From Chara braunii (Eukaryota > Plantae > Charophyceae), in contig BFEA01000001.1 in assembly GCA_003427395.1 (NCBI GenBank), positions 12,612,054 through 12,666,162 on the forward strand: a stretch of 54,109 nucleotides of DNA, read 5' to 3'. The notes beneath the pieces are model-generated. The model was not told where the DNA came from and made no database searches. It worked only from the letters and a program-made list of their open reading frames with translations. The translations under genes and the position numbers were made by a program. Below, in pieces: positions 1 to 11,615 of this stretch (positions are counted from its first letter, which is position 1; each line of letters starts with the position of its first letter).

Positions 1-23
1 GTCCGACCAGAACGAGTCGTTAT

Positions 24-373
24 TGTGCCGGACCCGCCGGGATGGCGGTCCGTTAGGATGGAGACGAAGAAGGAGGTAGAGATGGAGCTGGAGGGGACAG
101 CGCAGCTCCGACGCAGACTCCACACGCAAGTACTCCAAGATCTGCGAAAGTGAAGAATGACGAAAAACAGACTGCAGCTGGGGTATACCCCCAGCGGACT
201 GACTGGACTGGACTGGACTGGCCTGGTACCGACCGTGGTACCGGGCGGGACTGGACTGGACTGAAACAATATACGGCCTGTGGGGTCAGGCCACGGCCTG
301 GTCCCACAGGCCGAACTGGCAAATAGCCAAATAGGCCCTGGCTGTAGGCCAGGGCAGATGAAGGCCCGCTGCA
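24..373 (-). mobile_element. Solo LTR (350 bp, TG...CA) with 5-bp target-site duplication GTTAT
   Basis: Starts TGTG at 24 and ends TGCA at 373. GTTAT at 19-23 and 374-378. Homologous to 30323-30682 and 42661-42953, which abut a tRNA-iMet PBS (this gives the strand). Confidence 0.9.
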
Positions 374-2296
374 GTTATGTAGGTTAGCCCTTGCTGCTTC
401 TCTGGATGGAACAGGGGGGGGATGACGATGCTGATGCTGCACGCCTCTTCTCGGGATGGACCATCCCCTATTTCCAAGCCACATCAACGGGTCACTTTTC
501 GGCTTTTTAAACCCAGAGCTTGGTGCAATTTTTTAGAATGCCTTTCATTCTTTTGGTTAAGCGATTTCCACTCACCTTAGTGAGCATGCCTGAAATTTCT
601 TTCATACTTTTTTATTTCCAATTTGTACTGGGAATTAGGTGTCACTCTGCTTTTTCAGTGGTACTTCGTGTAACTGTTTTTGTGTCTTTCTATTTTCGAG
701 CAAGCATCCTCCACGCTCACGCATTTGCATGTTATCTTTTTAGAGCTCTTCTCTCTTTGTCTTTGCGCTTTCTCATACCATCATAATTGTTTTCCGCCCT
801 CTATCTTTGTGCCTCTTACTGAATCATGGTTTCCACTCGCACCAGCTTCCATAACCTCCTTTCCCGCCATTATTGCGACTTCAGGAGGATCTTGACACAC
901 CAATGTAGCCGTAGAGATCAGATCGCTGCGTGGAGAGTGGTTTAATCCCCCACACCACGGCTCAACCAGATACAAACCCATCCCTCGACGTCACCGTGGA
1001 CTCCCAGACCTCTCTGCCCTCATCCTCCCCCTTGCATGCATCCTTGCTTGCACACTCTTTTCTTATGCTATCCTCCAGCTGGGTTGAGTAGGTGGCGAGC
1101 CAAGTGGTGATTAGCGGATTGGACAGTCTCGACGGGTCGGTAGCGATTCTGCAGAGCGGATCAGCGCAGGCGTCGGATCGACGGAGTGACGATGGTTAGG
1201 ACTAATTGCGTAGTGTGTGGCAATGGATTGTTGACACTCAGGTGATGGTGATGAATGGTGGAAATTGGTGAGCATACCACGTGCATGAGAGCGGGGTAAT
1301 TTGCTTCCCTTTCTTCCGCGTGTCTATCTTTCTGAGTGAGATTATGCATGGCAAAAACGCCCTTCTTTTTGCCTTTGAATATATGAGATTTCGATTCTCT
1401 GACTTTCACTCCCTTCTATGGGAATGACACATTTGTGTGTTTGGTGAGATCGCTGTTCCGAATGGATGTATGAAATCCCTATGTGTACAATTGTCTGGTT
1501 TTCCTCTTGTCCATGGATGAAAATACGTAGTGGCGTATTTCGGCCTCATATGTGATCTTTTCCCTATTCTAAGTATGCATTTGTCTATCTTAAGCTCTCG
1601 TTACTAGTCGTTACACTCTTCTACTTGCATAAGTCTACAATGATGAAAAAATATCATAAGTGTTGTTTACTGCGCATGTAATGGATGGCTTTGTTCAAAC
1701 TTCAAACCTTCGCAATCGGATTTTCTTTTCTCTTTGTACATGTGAGTAATTTCTTCTATATGATCTTTCTATTTCTCTCTACACAATCAACGTTTTGATT
1801 TCGATAGTCGCATGCCGCATGCCGCATGCCTTTGCCCAGTATTCAATCTTCCGATATGATTGAATCGATCATGTATTTCACACATGGTTATCTATTGGTT
1901 GCATGATTGATAGAAGTTGTCTCTTCTCCTTTGATTTATGTGGTTTTGTTTCAGCTAAACCATCGGACGGTTTTCTCTTACTCACTTTAGTTTCTTATTT
2001 AAAGGTGTGATACATGTGCACTGTATTCTTGCATCAGCTCCACACCATATCCAAACTTCCCGTATTGTGCGAAAAACGTCCTGTCTGTGAGTGGGATGTA
2101 CACGAAGCTACGACACACATCTGTCAAACTTATCATCTCCTAAAAATGGATATTGTTTTGCCTTCCTTGGCTCCAGATTTATGATTGTAGATACAATATT
2201 TTCCTCCTTTCTCGATTTTCCTCCCAGAGCTCATTGTTACAGCATTCGTACCTTGCTAGCCACGTATGTTGTGCTCAGACTGCACACAGAGCGAGT

Positions 2297-2297
<1 letters not shown>

Positions 2298-2365
<68 letters not shown>
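2298..2365. repeat. (GA)n microsatellite
   Basis: Directly visible. Similar tracts at ~21428-21632, 27620-28060, 29253-29320, 38470-40050 and 43685-43795. Confidence 0.95.
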
Positions 2366-2368
<3 letters not shown>

Positions 2369-2703
2369 TCAACCACATGCCGCGTGAAGATCATTGAGTT
2401 GCGAAAAGGGCAATTTGATCAGAAGAATGTCCATCCGGTTAATTGTATTCTGACTCAGATCATGAGAGAAGCCATTCAAATTGAGTGACGGAACGCGACC
2501 AGAGGGTGATCAGACCCTTGAAGGTGCTGACGAAGCTAAGCAAGGTAAGTGAGCACTCAAGCAAGCGATTAATAGGATAGAAGGCAATGCATACACAATG
2601 AAATTGAATTAATCTTACAACTTGACAGCCCTTCATACAAACATTGGGTAACAATCTTGCACTAGTCGCAGTACTCCAACTTACACCGGATCATCCGTCC
2701 GAT

Positions 2704-3390
2704 TTGAGCTGGCTTGGATGTTGTATTATCCCGTGACCGAATCGGTCAAACAACATAATGATCTCTTGGAAACATAAAACGAGAACATGAATCAATCAGA
2801 AACTATTTTGTGTAGCCTGCGACTGAGTGCTACTTGTCAACCCCTTACGGCTGCGCCAACTCTTGCAACTCTTCTCCCGGCTCCACCTGCCACCCTTTTT
2901 GCAATTGTGATTGCCGCACTAGCGGCTACCTCATTTCGCAGATGGGGTATGATGAGGGTGGGCAAAAGTTCTTGACAGTGTTCGAGTGGATGCAATCCTT
3001 CCAGAGGAAAGGGGACTGCACTAGTCATGGTAGTTTAACTTGCACGGGGTCATTCGGCCGACATTGAGCTGGCCCAGATGATATATTATCTCGTGACTGA
3101 AGCGACCAAGCAACATAATGCTCTCTTGCAAGCACAAACCGAGAACAAGAGCCCATTGGAAACTATTTTGTGTCGCCGGCGATAGGATGCTGCTTGCCAA
3201 CCCCCTATGGCTACTCCAACTCCTGCCACTCTTCTCCCGGCTCCACGACGGCTGCCGGACTAACGGTTAGTGGCCGATATGTGCCACATTTACCTCATCT
3301 CATAGACGGGGTGTGATGAGGATGGGTGAGAGTTCTTGACCGTGTTGGAGTGGATGCGATCCTTCCATAGAGGGAAGGGGACTGCATTCT
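2704..3390 (+). repeat. Diverged tandem duplication, ~360-bp unit, degenerate coding-like
   Basis: TTGAGCTGGC...CAACATAATG...GAAACTATTTTGTGT...CTCTTCTCCCGGCTCCAC occurs at 2704-2886 and again at 3064-3246. Confidence 0.8.
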
Positions 3391-3446
3391 GGGGCGAACT
3401 CTATGCGGACACATAGGGGGTTCGTTGGGCGGGGGACAACAAGGCA

Positions 3447-3711
3447 ATGTTGTGCATTCAGTGGTGGGTAGAGTTTGAGAGGTGTTCTCTTTCAACTTCT
3501 GACAATTGTCCTTCGTGTGTTGTACATATGGCCGTGTTTGTCCTGCGAAAAGGATTTGGGCGGTCATGCATATGTGCACACGAAGGTGAGCAATGCTTTG
3601 GACCGGCGGAAGGTGACAAAGGTTGTTGAGATTTTTGCAAATATCAAGCTTGATGCATTTCGCAAGTGTGGACAGGGTTATGTCCTCCCATGGTACGAGA
3701 TGGATGACTAA
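3447..3711 (+). pseudogene. hAT transposase C-terminal dimerisation domain remnant (frameshifted)
   Basis: QWWVEF / LRVLYIWPCLSCEKDLGGHAYVHTKVSNALDRRKVTKVVEIFANIKL...GYVLPW resembles the hAT C-terminal pattern WW...CERxWS...HTKxRNxL...LVxIxxNxxL. An acidic low-complexity tail follows to ~4500. Confidence 0.7.
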
Positions 3712-4511
3712 ACGCAGGAGATTGACGATTGTATTCCTGCTGGTTAGCCCGAGGGCGACACAAATGACAGGGGCTTGACGAAGGAGATTGCGGTGCAAAA
3801 GGGACTTTTAGTGTGGGCGCGAGGATCCTGCTGCCAGCACCCGGCGATCGGGGTGTCCCAAAGTACACCCGGATCTTGAATGCTCATTGTTGCTAGTTCC
3901 GCGACGAGGTCCCTCTCGACCTTATTGTTTGGTCTCGGAGCAGATCCTGAGCTCCGATGGCACGAATGAGTCGTTTGAGTCGGACATGGTTGCCTGTGGA
4001 GGCAGTTCAAAAACCATACTAGGGGTGATCCGTGCGATGGAGGGGAGTATAGCTAGGATACGAATTTCGATGGTGGTGCGCGAGGGAGGCCAATGTCTTG
4101 TTCCATCAGCGAGTCCACGGCCTTTCAGCAGAGGTGGTCTGATCGGCTCCTGGAGCAGTCTACAACCCGTCATGATAGCATGGGCAGCGCTGCTGGGGAT
4201 TCAGGAGCATGGAGACAGCAGTCCAAACAGCAGAGGACAGGTGGCAGTCGACCCCAACAGCTAGCTCCCGGCGATGGCGAGGACTTGTTAGTTTTGAGCT
4301 GGTGCAGAGCTAGGACGAATAGCACCATGAGCCACAAATGCTAGAGACAAAGGTAGCAGTCGAAGAGGATTTCGGTGGGATGGAGGCGGTGGAGGAGGCG
4401 GAGGAGGCAGAGGAGGCAGAGCCTGAGTCGTCAGAGACGCGTGACTTCATGGGTGAGCTCAATGTGGCTTTGCCACAGACATCGACGAGCCAGGGCTAAT
4501 TGATGATGCAC

Positions 4512-4750
4512 TTTTTTTTTTTTTTTTTTGAACTTCGTATAGGGGAAACCTACTTAATGAGGTGATAAGAGCATCCCTGGTAAGTAGGACCCGGTGTCGA
4601 AGGCTCCATCTATTGGTGGGGAGCTACACCTGCTGGAAATCGGGTCCAGTGTCCCTGTAATGATGAGAGTGTATCTGCTGGAAATTGGGTCCAGCGTCCC
4701 TGTAGAGTGATGTGAATGTATCTGGTGGAAATCGGGTCCAGCGTCCCTAT
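4512..4750 (-). mobile_element. Retroposon 3' end: poly(A), UGCUCUUAU hairpin, pseudoknot module and two tandem partial repeats of the module
   Basis: Poly(T) 4512-4529. Hairpin CCTACTTA/TAAGTAGG 4549-4588. Module 4602-4655. Partial repeats at ~4672-4700 and ~4719-4748. Confidence 0.75.
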
Positions 4751-5305
4751 GCAGAAATGTGTTGACAGCTACATCTACCTATGTATGCACGTTAAGCAAT
4801 ATATGACAGAAGATGGGAGACCCTATCCATCTAATCGACAATGTCTTTATATATGTACAACAATCCACGAAACCCTAACAAAGATGTGATGTATGTGATG
4901 TATGTGTGATGTATGTGTGATGTATGTGATGTATGTGATGTATGCGATGTATGTGTTCTGTATCTGCCAAAATCTAAACACGAAACCCTAACAATGATGT
5001 GATGTGTATGATCTTTATCAATCAAGACTAAGCACGAATCTCTATCAGTGATGTAATATGTGTGCTCTGGACGTCGAGTCTGTGTGTGATCCTTATCAAT
5101 GATGTAATCTGTGTGATCTGGACGGCGAGTGCAGCTTCCATTACCCATTGTCCGAAGAGAGCAGGGTTATTGATTACTTCCCTGCGCAAGGGAAGGATTG
5201 ACCACCTACGTACTAGTCCCCAACCAGCCCACCTCCATCCCACGAGGCAATCAGCACCCCGTTGTTGATTGATATTGTGGGCTGGGGACCACCAATCAAC
5301 ATGGA

Positions 5306-5635
5306 CTATCCTACTCCTATCCTCAGCCAGACAATGGGGTTGAAGTGGGGGAAGGAGGGAAAAGGGGGGAAGATGGTAAGCCTCTTATCCGTGTCAACCC
5401 CAATCCCCACCACGTCGGCATGCGGCATCTCTCCCGTCATGCTGATTCTCTCTGCCCCGCTGCTGTCGTGGTCGTCGCTGCCGCCATCATCATTGTTGTT
5501 GTTGTTGGCATTCCCAATCCCCACCACGTCCGCTTGCGGTATCTCTCCCATCATGCTGATGATGATCTGAGATGCCCGGACACCGCTCTCAACCCTGCTG
5601 TTGCCGTGGACGTCGCTGCCGGCATTGTCGTTGTT

Positions 5636-5668
<33 letters not shown>

Positions 5669-5874
5669 GCTGTTGTCATGGTCGTCACTGCCGCCATCGT
5701 CATCACTGCCGCCATCGTCATCACTGCCGCCATCGTCATTGTTGTTGTTGTCAGCCCCAATTCCCACCACATCCGCTTGCGGCATCTCTCCCATCATGCT
5801 GATGATGATCTGAGATGGACGGGCACCGTTCTCCACCCCACTACTGTCGTGGTCGTCGCTGCCGCAGTCATCGC

Positions 5875-5919
<45 letters not shown>

Positions 5920-6003
5920 AATTGTTGTTGTGGTCGTCGTCATTGTTATTGTCGTTGTTGTCGCCATCATTTTTGACAATATCCTTGATGCCGGTGTTAT
6001 TAA

Positions 6004-6037
<34 letters not shown>

Positions 6038-6469
6038 ATCCTTGCTGTTGTTGGTGTTGTCGTTGCAATTATCTTCACTGGCCTCGAATCCTCCCTCCCA
6101 CCAGTAGTCCTTGTCGCCCTTGTCATCCATCTTGACCATTCCCTGCCGATTCTCCAGCTGATTGCGCAGATTGTGACCCATTGTAAAGAGGGTTTTGCAG
6201 ACGCACATCTTATCATCCGCTCGCCTCCAGTCGATGTAGGCCTCGAGCCGGGGATCCGGCCCCTCCTCCAGCTCCCACATGATGTCTAGCATCTCCTGGG
6301 TCCTGTCTTCCAACCACTGCTCCATAGAGATCGCCCCCCCATCGATCTCTTCCCCCTCTTGCCGCCGCAGCATGAGCACCGCAACTATCGTCTGCAGTTG
6401 CTTGCATCCCTCCTCCAGTATGATAAGCCATTCCGCCGCTCGATGTTGTAGCTCCCCCACCGAATCCAT
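5306..6469 (-). CDS. Hypothetical low-complexity protein (poly-Asn, three SMMGExPxADVVGIG repeats), probably repeat-borne
   Basis: Open 387 codons from the ATG at 6469. N-terminal ~100 aa look helical/coiled-coil. The rest is (AAC)n expansion and ~240-bp internal repeats. No recognisable domain. Confidence 0.35.
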
Positions 6470-6644
6470 CTCTCTCCCAATGCAGGCTGATGAGATCCCT
6501 AATTGTCTTCTAGTTGAAAAACTACAAGCAGTCTCGGTTCCAAAAAATAAATTGTTCTGCAATCTTTACTTCAATAGATGCCTAATTAGTCTCATGAGCT
6601 GATCGGCTCTAGACTTCTCCCAGGAATTTCTTTTTTCATTCAAA

Positions 6645-6760
6645 GGGACACTGGGCCCGGTTCCCAGTCTGTACAAATAAATATCATGATGTATTCAAGG
6701 GACGCTGGACCCGGTTTCCAGCAGGTGTTGCTCCCCACCAATAGACGGAGCCTGTCTTTT

Positions 6761-6800
<40 letters not shown>
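6645..6800 (+). mobile_element. Short retroposed 3' end with pseudoknot module and 39-nt poly(A)
   Basis: Module 6699-6752 (GGGACGCTGGACCCGGTTTCCAGCAGGTGTTGCTCCCCACCAATAGACGGAGC). Poly(A) 6762-6800. Partial copy 6645-6667. Confidence 0.75.
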
Positions 6801-6802
<2 letters not shown>

Positions 6803-8683
6803 GTGCCATTCACACAGTTCTTCTGAACCAGTCGTCAATCCCACAGCTGGTGCTACCCCTGTCCACGTGTCACGGGACTTCCGCGTCTCCAAACAACAGG
6901 TGCCACGTGGCAACAAACCACTCACACCTGTCGGGCACGTGCGCAGGCCCAGCACCCGGGGAGCTGTCCTCCCCAGGCGCTGGTCGAGCCGGGGCAACCG
7001 GGCCCTACCGGTTTGCCGGCATCAGGGCACTAGCACTAGCACAGCCACATGAGGCACTTTGAGGAGCATCCTGTAGGACCAGTGGGGGAATCGGAGCAGC
7101 AGCCCGAGGAGACCCCGGACGAGCGAGAGGCGTGTATCTATCGGGGGGATAGCGACAGGGCTAAGACCTTGGCAGATACGGACCTGACTACACAGACGTT
7201 GGCTTGGGGATGGTGGAGCGACAGAGGAGGGAGGTGGAGGGCACCTTGACGAGGGAGTTGGACGGTGCCTCGATGAGGGAGGTGGAGGGCGCCCCAATGA
7301 CAAATTTTGAGTCTTAGGAGGGGGTGATCAGGAACGGTGCATCCATGGGAGTTAACTTCGGTTCATCTGCTCCGATTGGGGACCTTGGACCTTGGAGGAG
7401 CCTGATGTTACGGTTGTAGACATGGATCTGTGGAGGTGGTGTTTCGGGACAGTGGACCTATGGAGGAGTGTGAGGCAGCAGTTGGGGACATTGCAGCTGA
7501 GGGGCGGTGATTGGGGACATTGGACATGTGGAGGAGCATGAGGGTGCAGATGAGGACGTCGCAGCTGAGGAGGGGGTGGTTAGGGACAGTGGACTTCTGG
7601 AGGAGCATGACGCTGTGGGAGGCTTTAGGCATTGTACATTGGACATTGAAGAGAGATGGGGCGGCCACAAGGACAAGTGGATGAGGATCCCTAGTCCTGC
7701 CATTGCACCTGGAGTTATCTAGGTCCTCTAGCATTGGCAGGGAACCCGCCGGGACTGCGCAGGGAGCGCAACCACATTACTTTGGCATTGGCGGCGGTAT
7801 GGCAGCGAGGGAGGGAGTAACATCCAGTAATTGTTTTTTTTTGGGGGGGGTTTGTGGTGGGGTTGAGGGGTTTAGTATCATGGGCCCACAGGGTGTGGGG
7901 TGTGGTACCCCCCCCTTCCCGTGGATGCCTGCAATGCCCCCGACCCCATCCTCGGCCCCCCAATAAAAATTGCACCCGTGGGGTGCTTTTGTCTTTCGGG
8001 GTAGGGGAGGTGTTTCGGGGGCTTTGGCATGATGGTTCCATGGGGCCCCAAGGTGTGGGAAGGGCCTGAGGGGCGTTTGCTGCCCTCACGGGTTCGCAGG
8101 ATTGCGCTGCACTTGTGTGTGCGCACCCCCGACCTGCACCAAAAAAGAAAGTAAAAAGAAAAATCCTATTCTTCGGCAGGAAAAGCGAGTAGTATGCGCA
8201 CGCTGCACGCACATTGCATGTGATGTATGCGCACACGTTGTGTACATTACATAAAAAGCGACACACAGATGTCATCCCCCTCTTAGTGCACGTTGGAAAG
8301 AGAGGCGCTGATCTCCCTTCAATATAATGTGCTTAGTTACGCTGTGATATTGTGTATAGAAGTTAACTGTTTCCTTTCATCTGAACTGGCCTGGAATCCA
8401 AGTCTTTCGTTGCCTGCTCCTACATCTTGTCATCGTCCATGTGTGTTGCTTCCTCTAGGCAAACATCCTTTTTTTTTTTTTTTTTTTTTTTTTTAAACCC
8501 TACCAGTGTTAGTGTTGCTGATAAGAGCAGACACCACNCCATGCCCGGGTGTACTAGTGGTTCAAACCACCACTTCGACAAGCCCTGTTCAGTTCCTTTC
8601 CAGTGGACACAGAATGAACCCACCGCTTCAGCCTACAGGAACCGAGGAGGCGTTTGTATGGGTGTGCTACATTCTGAGTACCC

Positions 8684-11610
8684 TTTTTTTTTTTTTTTTT
8701 TTTTTTTTAAACCTACCAGTGTTAGTGTTGCTGATAAGAGCAGACACCACTAACACCTAGGTAGAGACTCCATCTATTGGTGGGGAGCGTCACCTGCTGG
8801 AAACCGGGTCCAGCGTCCCATTTACATAGCCTTTTGTCTCTTTATAAAGATATGTGAAAATAAAGACTGCCTCTTCAGCCAAACCAGGCCGCCAGATCCA
8901 ACTATTAGATCTAGCAGACGATATATCCCGGAAAAATCGAACAGCCCGACAATGGAGACAAACTTTCCCTGCGATTACATCAGAATGCTAGAACTCTCAG
9001 AGATCCAAAAAATATTGCATTCATACTTCATTGAGGATACCACTGCAAATCCACCATTGCTCATTCCGACGGGGGGAAGGGTCAGGAAAACATTTCGGAG
9101 ATCTGAGTGTGGCTCCTGGAGGAAGCGAAAACCAGTCTTTGAAGCTCAAGAGGAAGTCTCGCTTTAGAGTTTCCCCTTGTTCTTCCTTCCCCGGCCATTT
9201 CACTTCTCCCAAGCACCCTCCTTCATTTCCTCCCAGCCAATCTTGATTGAATTTTTAAATACAGTTAATTATATCTTTTTTTTTATGAAGCTGTTGTATC
9301 TTCGTTCGCACTACTGACCAGTGTGCTCGTATTTCTGTCTGTACAAATTGAATAATTAGCTCAGCAAATTCCATCCCTTCCAGTTTTACATCTTCTCTTT
9401 CATATACACACCTCTTATACCATAATGCCCATAGAATGGCCTTTCGCCCAAGTTCGAACAAATTCCTCTGAAATTCTGAAAGTTGTATTTCCTGTGGTTC
9501 TCATTGACCCAGTAGGATGACTTTCCAATCCCATGGCCAGTCAATTCCTGTCAGTGCTCTCCACACACAGTCCTATCTTCTCCATAATAACACCGTTCCA
9601 GGACATTGAATGAATACATGCTCAATCGTTTCTCTGATTCTCTTGTTGGGGAAGACAGATAGACATGCTTTACACGATGGGAGAGCCAGACCCGTTGCTC
9701 TAGATTGGTGTGATCGATGAGCCAATCATTCGTTGGAAGACTTCGATGAAGTATTTTCCACTGTAACGAGGAGAACTTAGCATGCCGTTTTTTTAGTTGA
9801 TTACATAATTTATATTTTTGATGCTTTGTATATCACTGTTCAAGTGCCTGGTCCATCTGTCCCTTATTACCTATGCTGCATCCACCTTAGGTCTAAGCAG
9901 ACGATATGCTGCCTTAACTGTTAGGGATTGTAGAGTACATGGTTTACTCCTTGTACCTGTCTGCCATACCCATTCGTCTGGGCAAAGGGTAGATCTGGAA
10001 TAGGGCATTTCGGATGGAAGGCCCTCCATCCAATGGTGGCCGAAATAAAAATAACTCTGATTCTAAACATTTCGTTGAATGGGAAGAACTCCACCTGGTT
10101 ATCTGGTATCGAAATGAGCAGATGATTTGCCGTTATTTTGAACAAGGCTACTCGGGCTCCTTCCTCAAGTAGACTCATGATTTGCCCAACCTTCCAATCT
10201 CGTGGATCTTGTGTAGTTGTTACAAAATCACCTTCTTGAAACTTCACACCATTTCTCAATTCTCTGATCCATGCCAAAGGGATGAAACTAGTTATGTGGT
10301 CCCAGTTCTGGTCCAATTTGTGGGCGTAAGTAATTATTTTCTTAAGTTGATCTGGATTTTTCCATCCTCTCTTCTGTAGATCCCAAATGTCTTTAATCCG
10401 TATGACCCCTTTTTTTACCTATTGAGACCAGGGAGGAGTGGAGCTATTATACACGCAGCCGTTAACATCTGTAATCCATTTGTTACCAAATAGAGGTTGC
10501 CTCATGATTTCCTCAAAGCGTGTGGGTTTAGGTTTGTTGGGTAGTGGTAGTTTCCTCCACACTTTCAGAAGAGACACCCATAGAGTATCTAGGATAAGGT
10601 CTCTATGAGTAGCACTTCTTTCCCCTTCATTTCTTAAGTGTGCAGAAGGATGAGGAATATGCCAAAATATGTTTTTCTACCCAAGTAAGGGGATGAACTT
10701 CAGGTGGTGCGACCGGTGCCAATTTCCTGATTTGTTGTAGGGCTAAGGTTTGCCACGGCTTGTCTATACCAAGAATGAGATCAATCATCCATTGAAGGGA
10801 CAAAGCTTGACACTGTAGGGTGGGGTCCAAAATTCCTAACCCTCCTCTGGACTTAGGTTGGATGAGGGTAGACCATGCCACTCTAGGAATTACCTTTTGA
10901 AGCTCATGATCTCCTCTCCAGAGAAATATCGTCACTTGTTTTAAGAGATGTTTGATTCCTGGATTGCTAATTGCCCAAATTGCTGATTTGTACCAAATTG
11001 AAGCAAACACCACATTATTTATGACCAGTGCCCTCCCTAAAAGAGAGGTATGTTGATTCTTCCATTGATTCATCTTTTGGATTGCGGGCTTTGAAATCTA
11101 TTCATCACTAGTTGTGGGTTTGCCCAAAGCAGTCAACGATACACCTAATACTCTCAGAGGGGCTTCTAATGGCAACCATTGTATTATGGGGGATTTGGGT
11201 GGATGACCACCATTTGAGTGGATCCACCATCCTTGCGTTTTACTTCCCCAATTGACTACCATGTCTGAGAGGGCGGAAATTTTGTCCAAAAGGTTTTTTA
11301 TTTCTTCCATGTTTGTCTCTGAAGCCTCTATTATGATCGTAAGATCATCTGCAAACATTGAGGTTATTTGTATTGCCTATTTCGGGGTTCCTGAAATGCT
11401 AAGTCGTTTGATATTATGATTAGCTCTAAGGTTGGCACCCAGGGCTTCCATTACAATAATAAAAAGAAAAGGAGTCAGAGGGTCGCCTTGCCTTACTGAC
11501 CTCTGAAGGCGGATTTATGGAGACAGCAACCCATTCACAAGAATACGTGTGGTGGCATTTATATGTAGAATTTCAACCCATCTACGCATGTTGGGTCCAG
11601 TGTTGAAGGC
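8684..11610 (-). mobile_element. 5'-truncated, decayed L1/Tx1-type LINE (ORF2 RT plus zf-RVT) with structured 3' UTR and poly(A)
   Basis: RT motifs RQGDPLTPFLF (~11490-11460) and MFADDL (11358). SLLGRALVINN, VAWSTLIQPKSRGGLG. C-terminal WKILHRSLPTNDW...CKAC...ETIEHVFIQCP. Multiple stops and frameshifts. 3' module 8768-8819, hairpin 8719-8756, poly(T) 8684-8708. Confidence 0.9.
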
Positions 11611-11615
11611 TAAAT

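Noticed and set aside
8469-8540. Duplicated LINE 3' end
   Set aside because: It ends at a single N (8538), so it is probably a scaffold-join duplication of 8684-8750.
8729-8752. Similarity of GTGTCTGCTCTTATCAG to U2 snRNA (GTATCTGTTCTTATCAG), suggesting a U2-targeting LINE
   Set aside because: The match lies upstream of the poly(A), inside the element. Other copies keep only TGCTCTTAY and no other U2 sequence is present.
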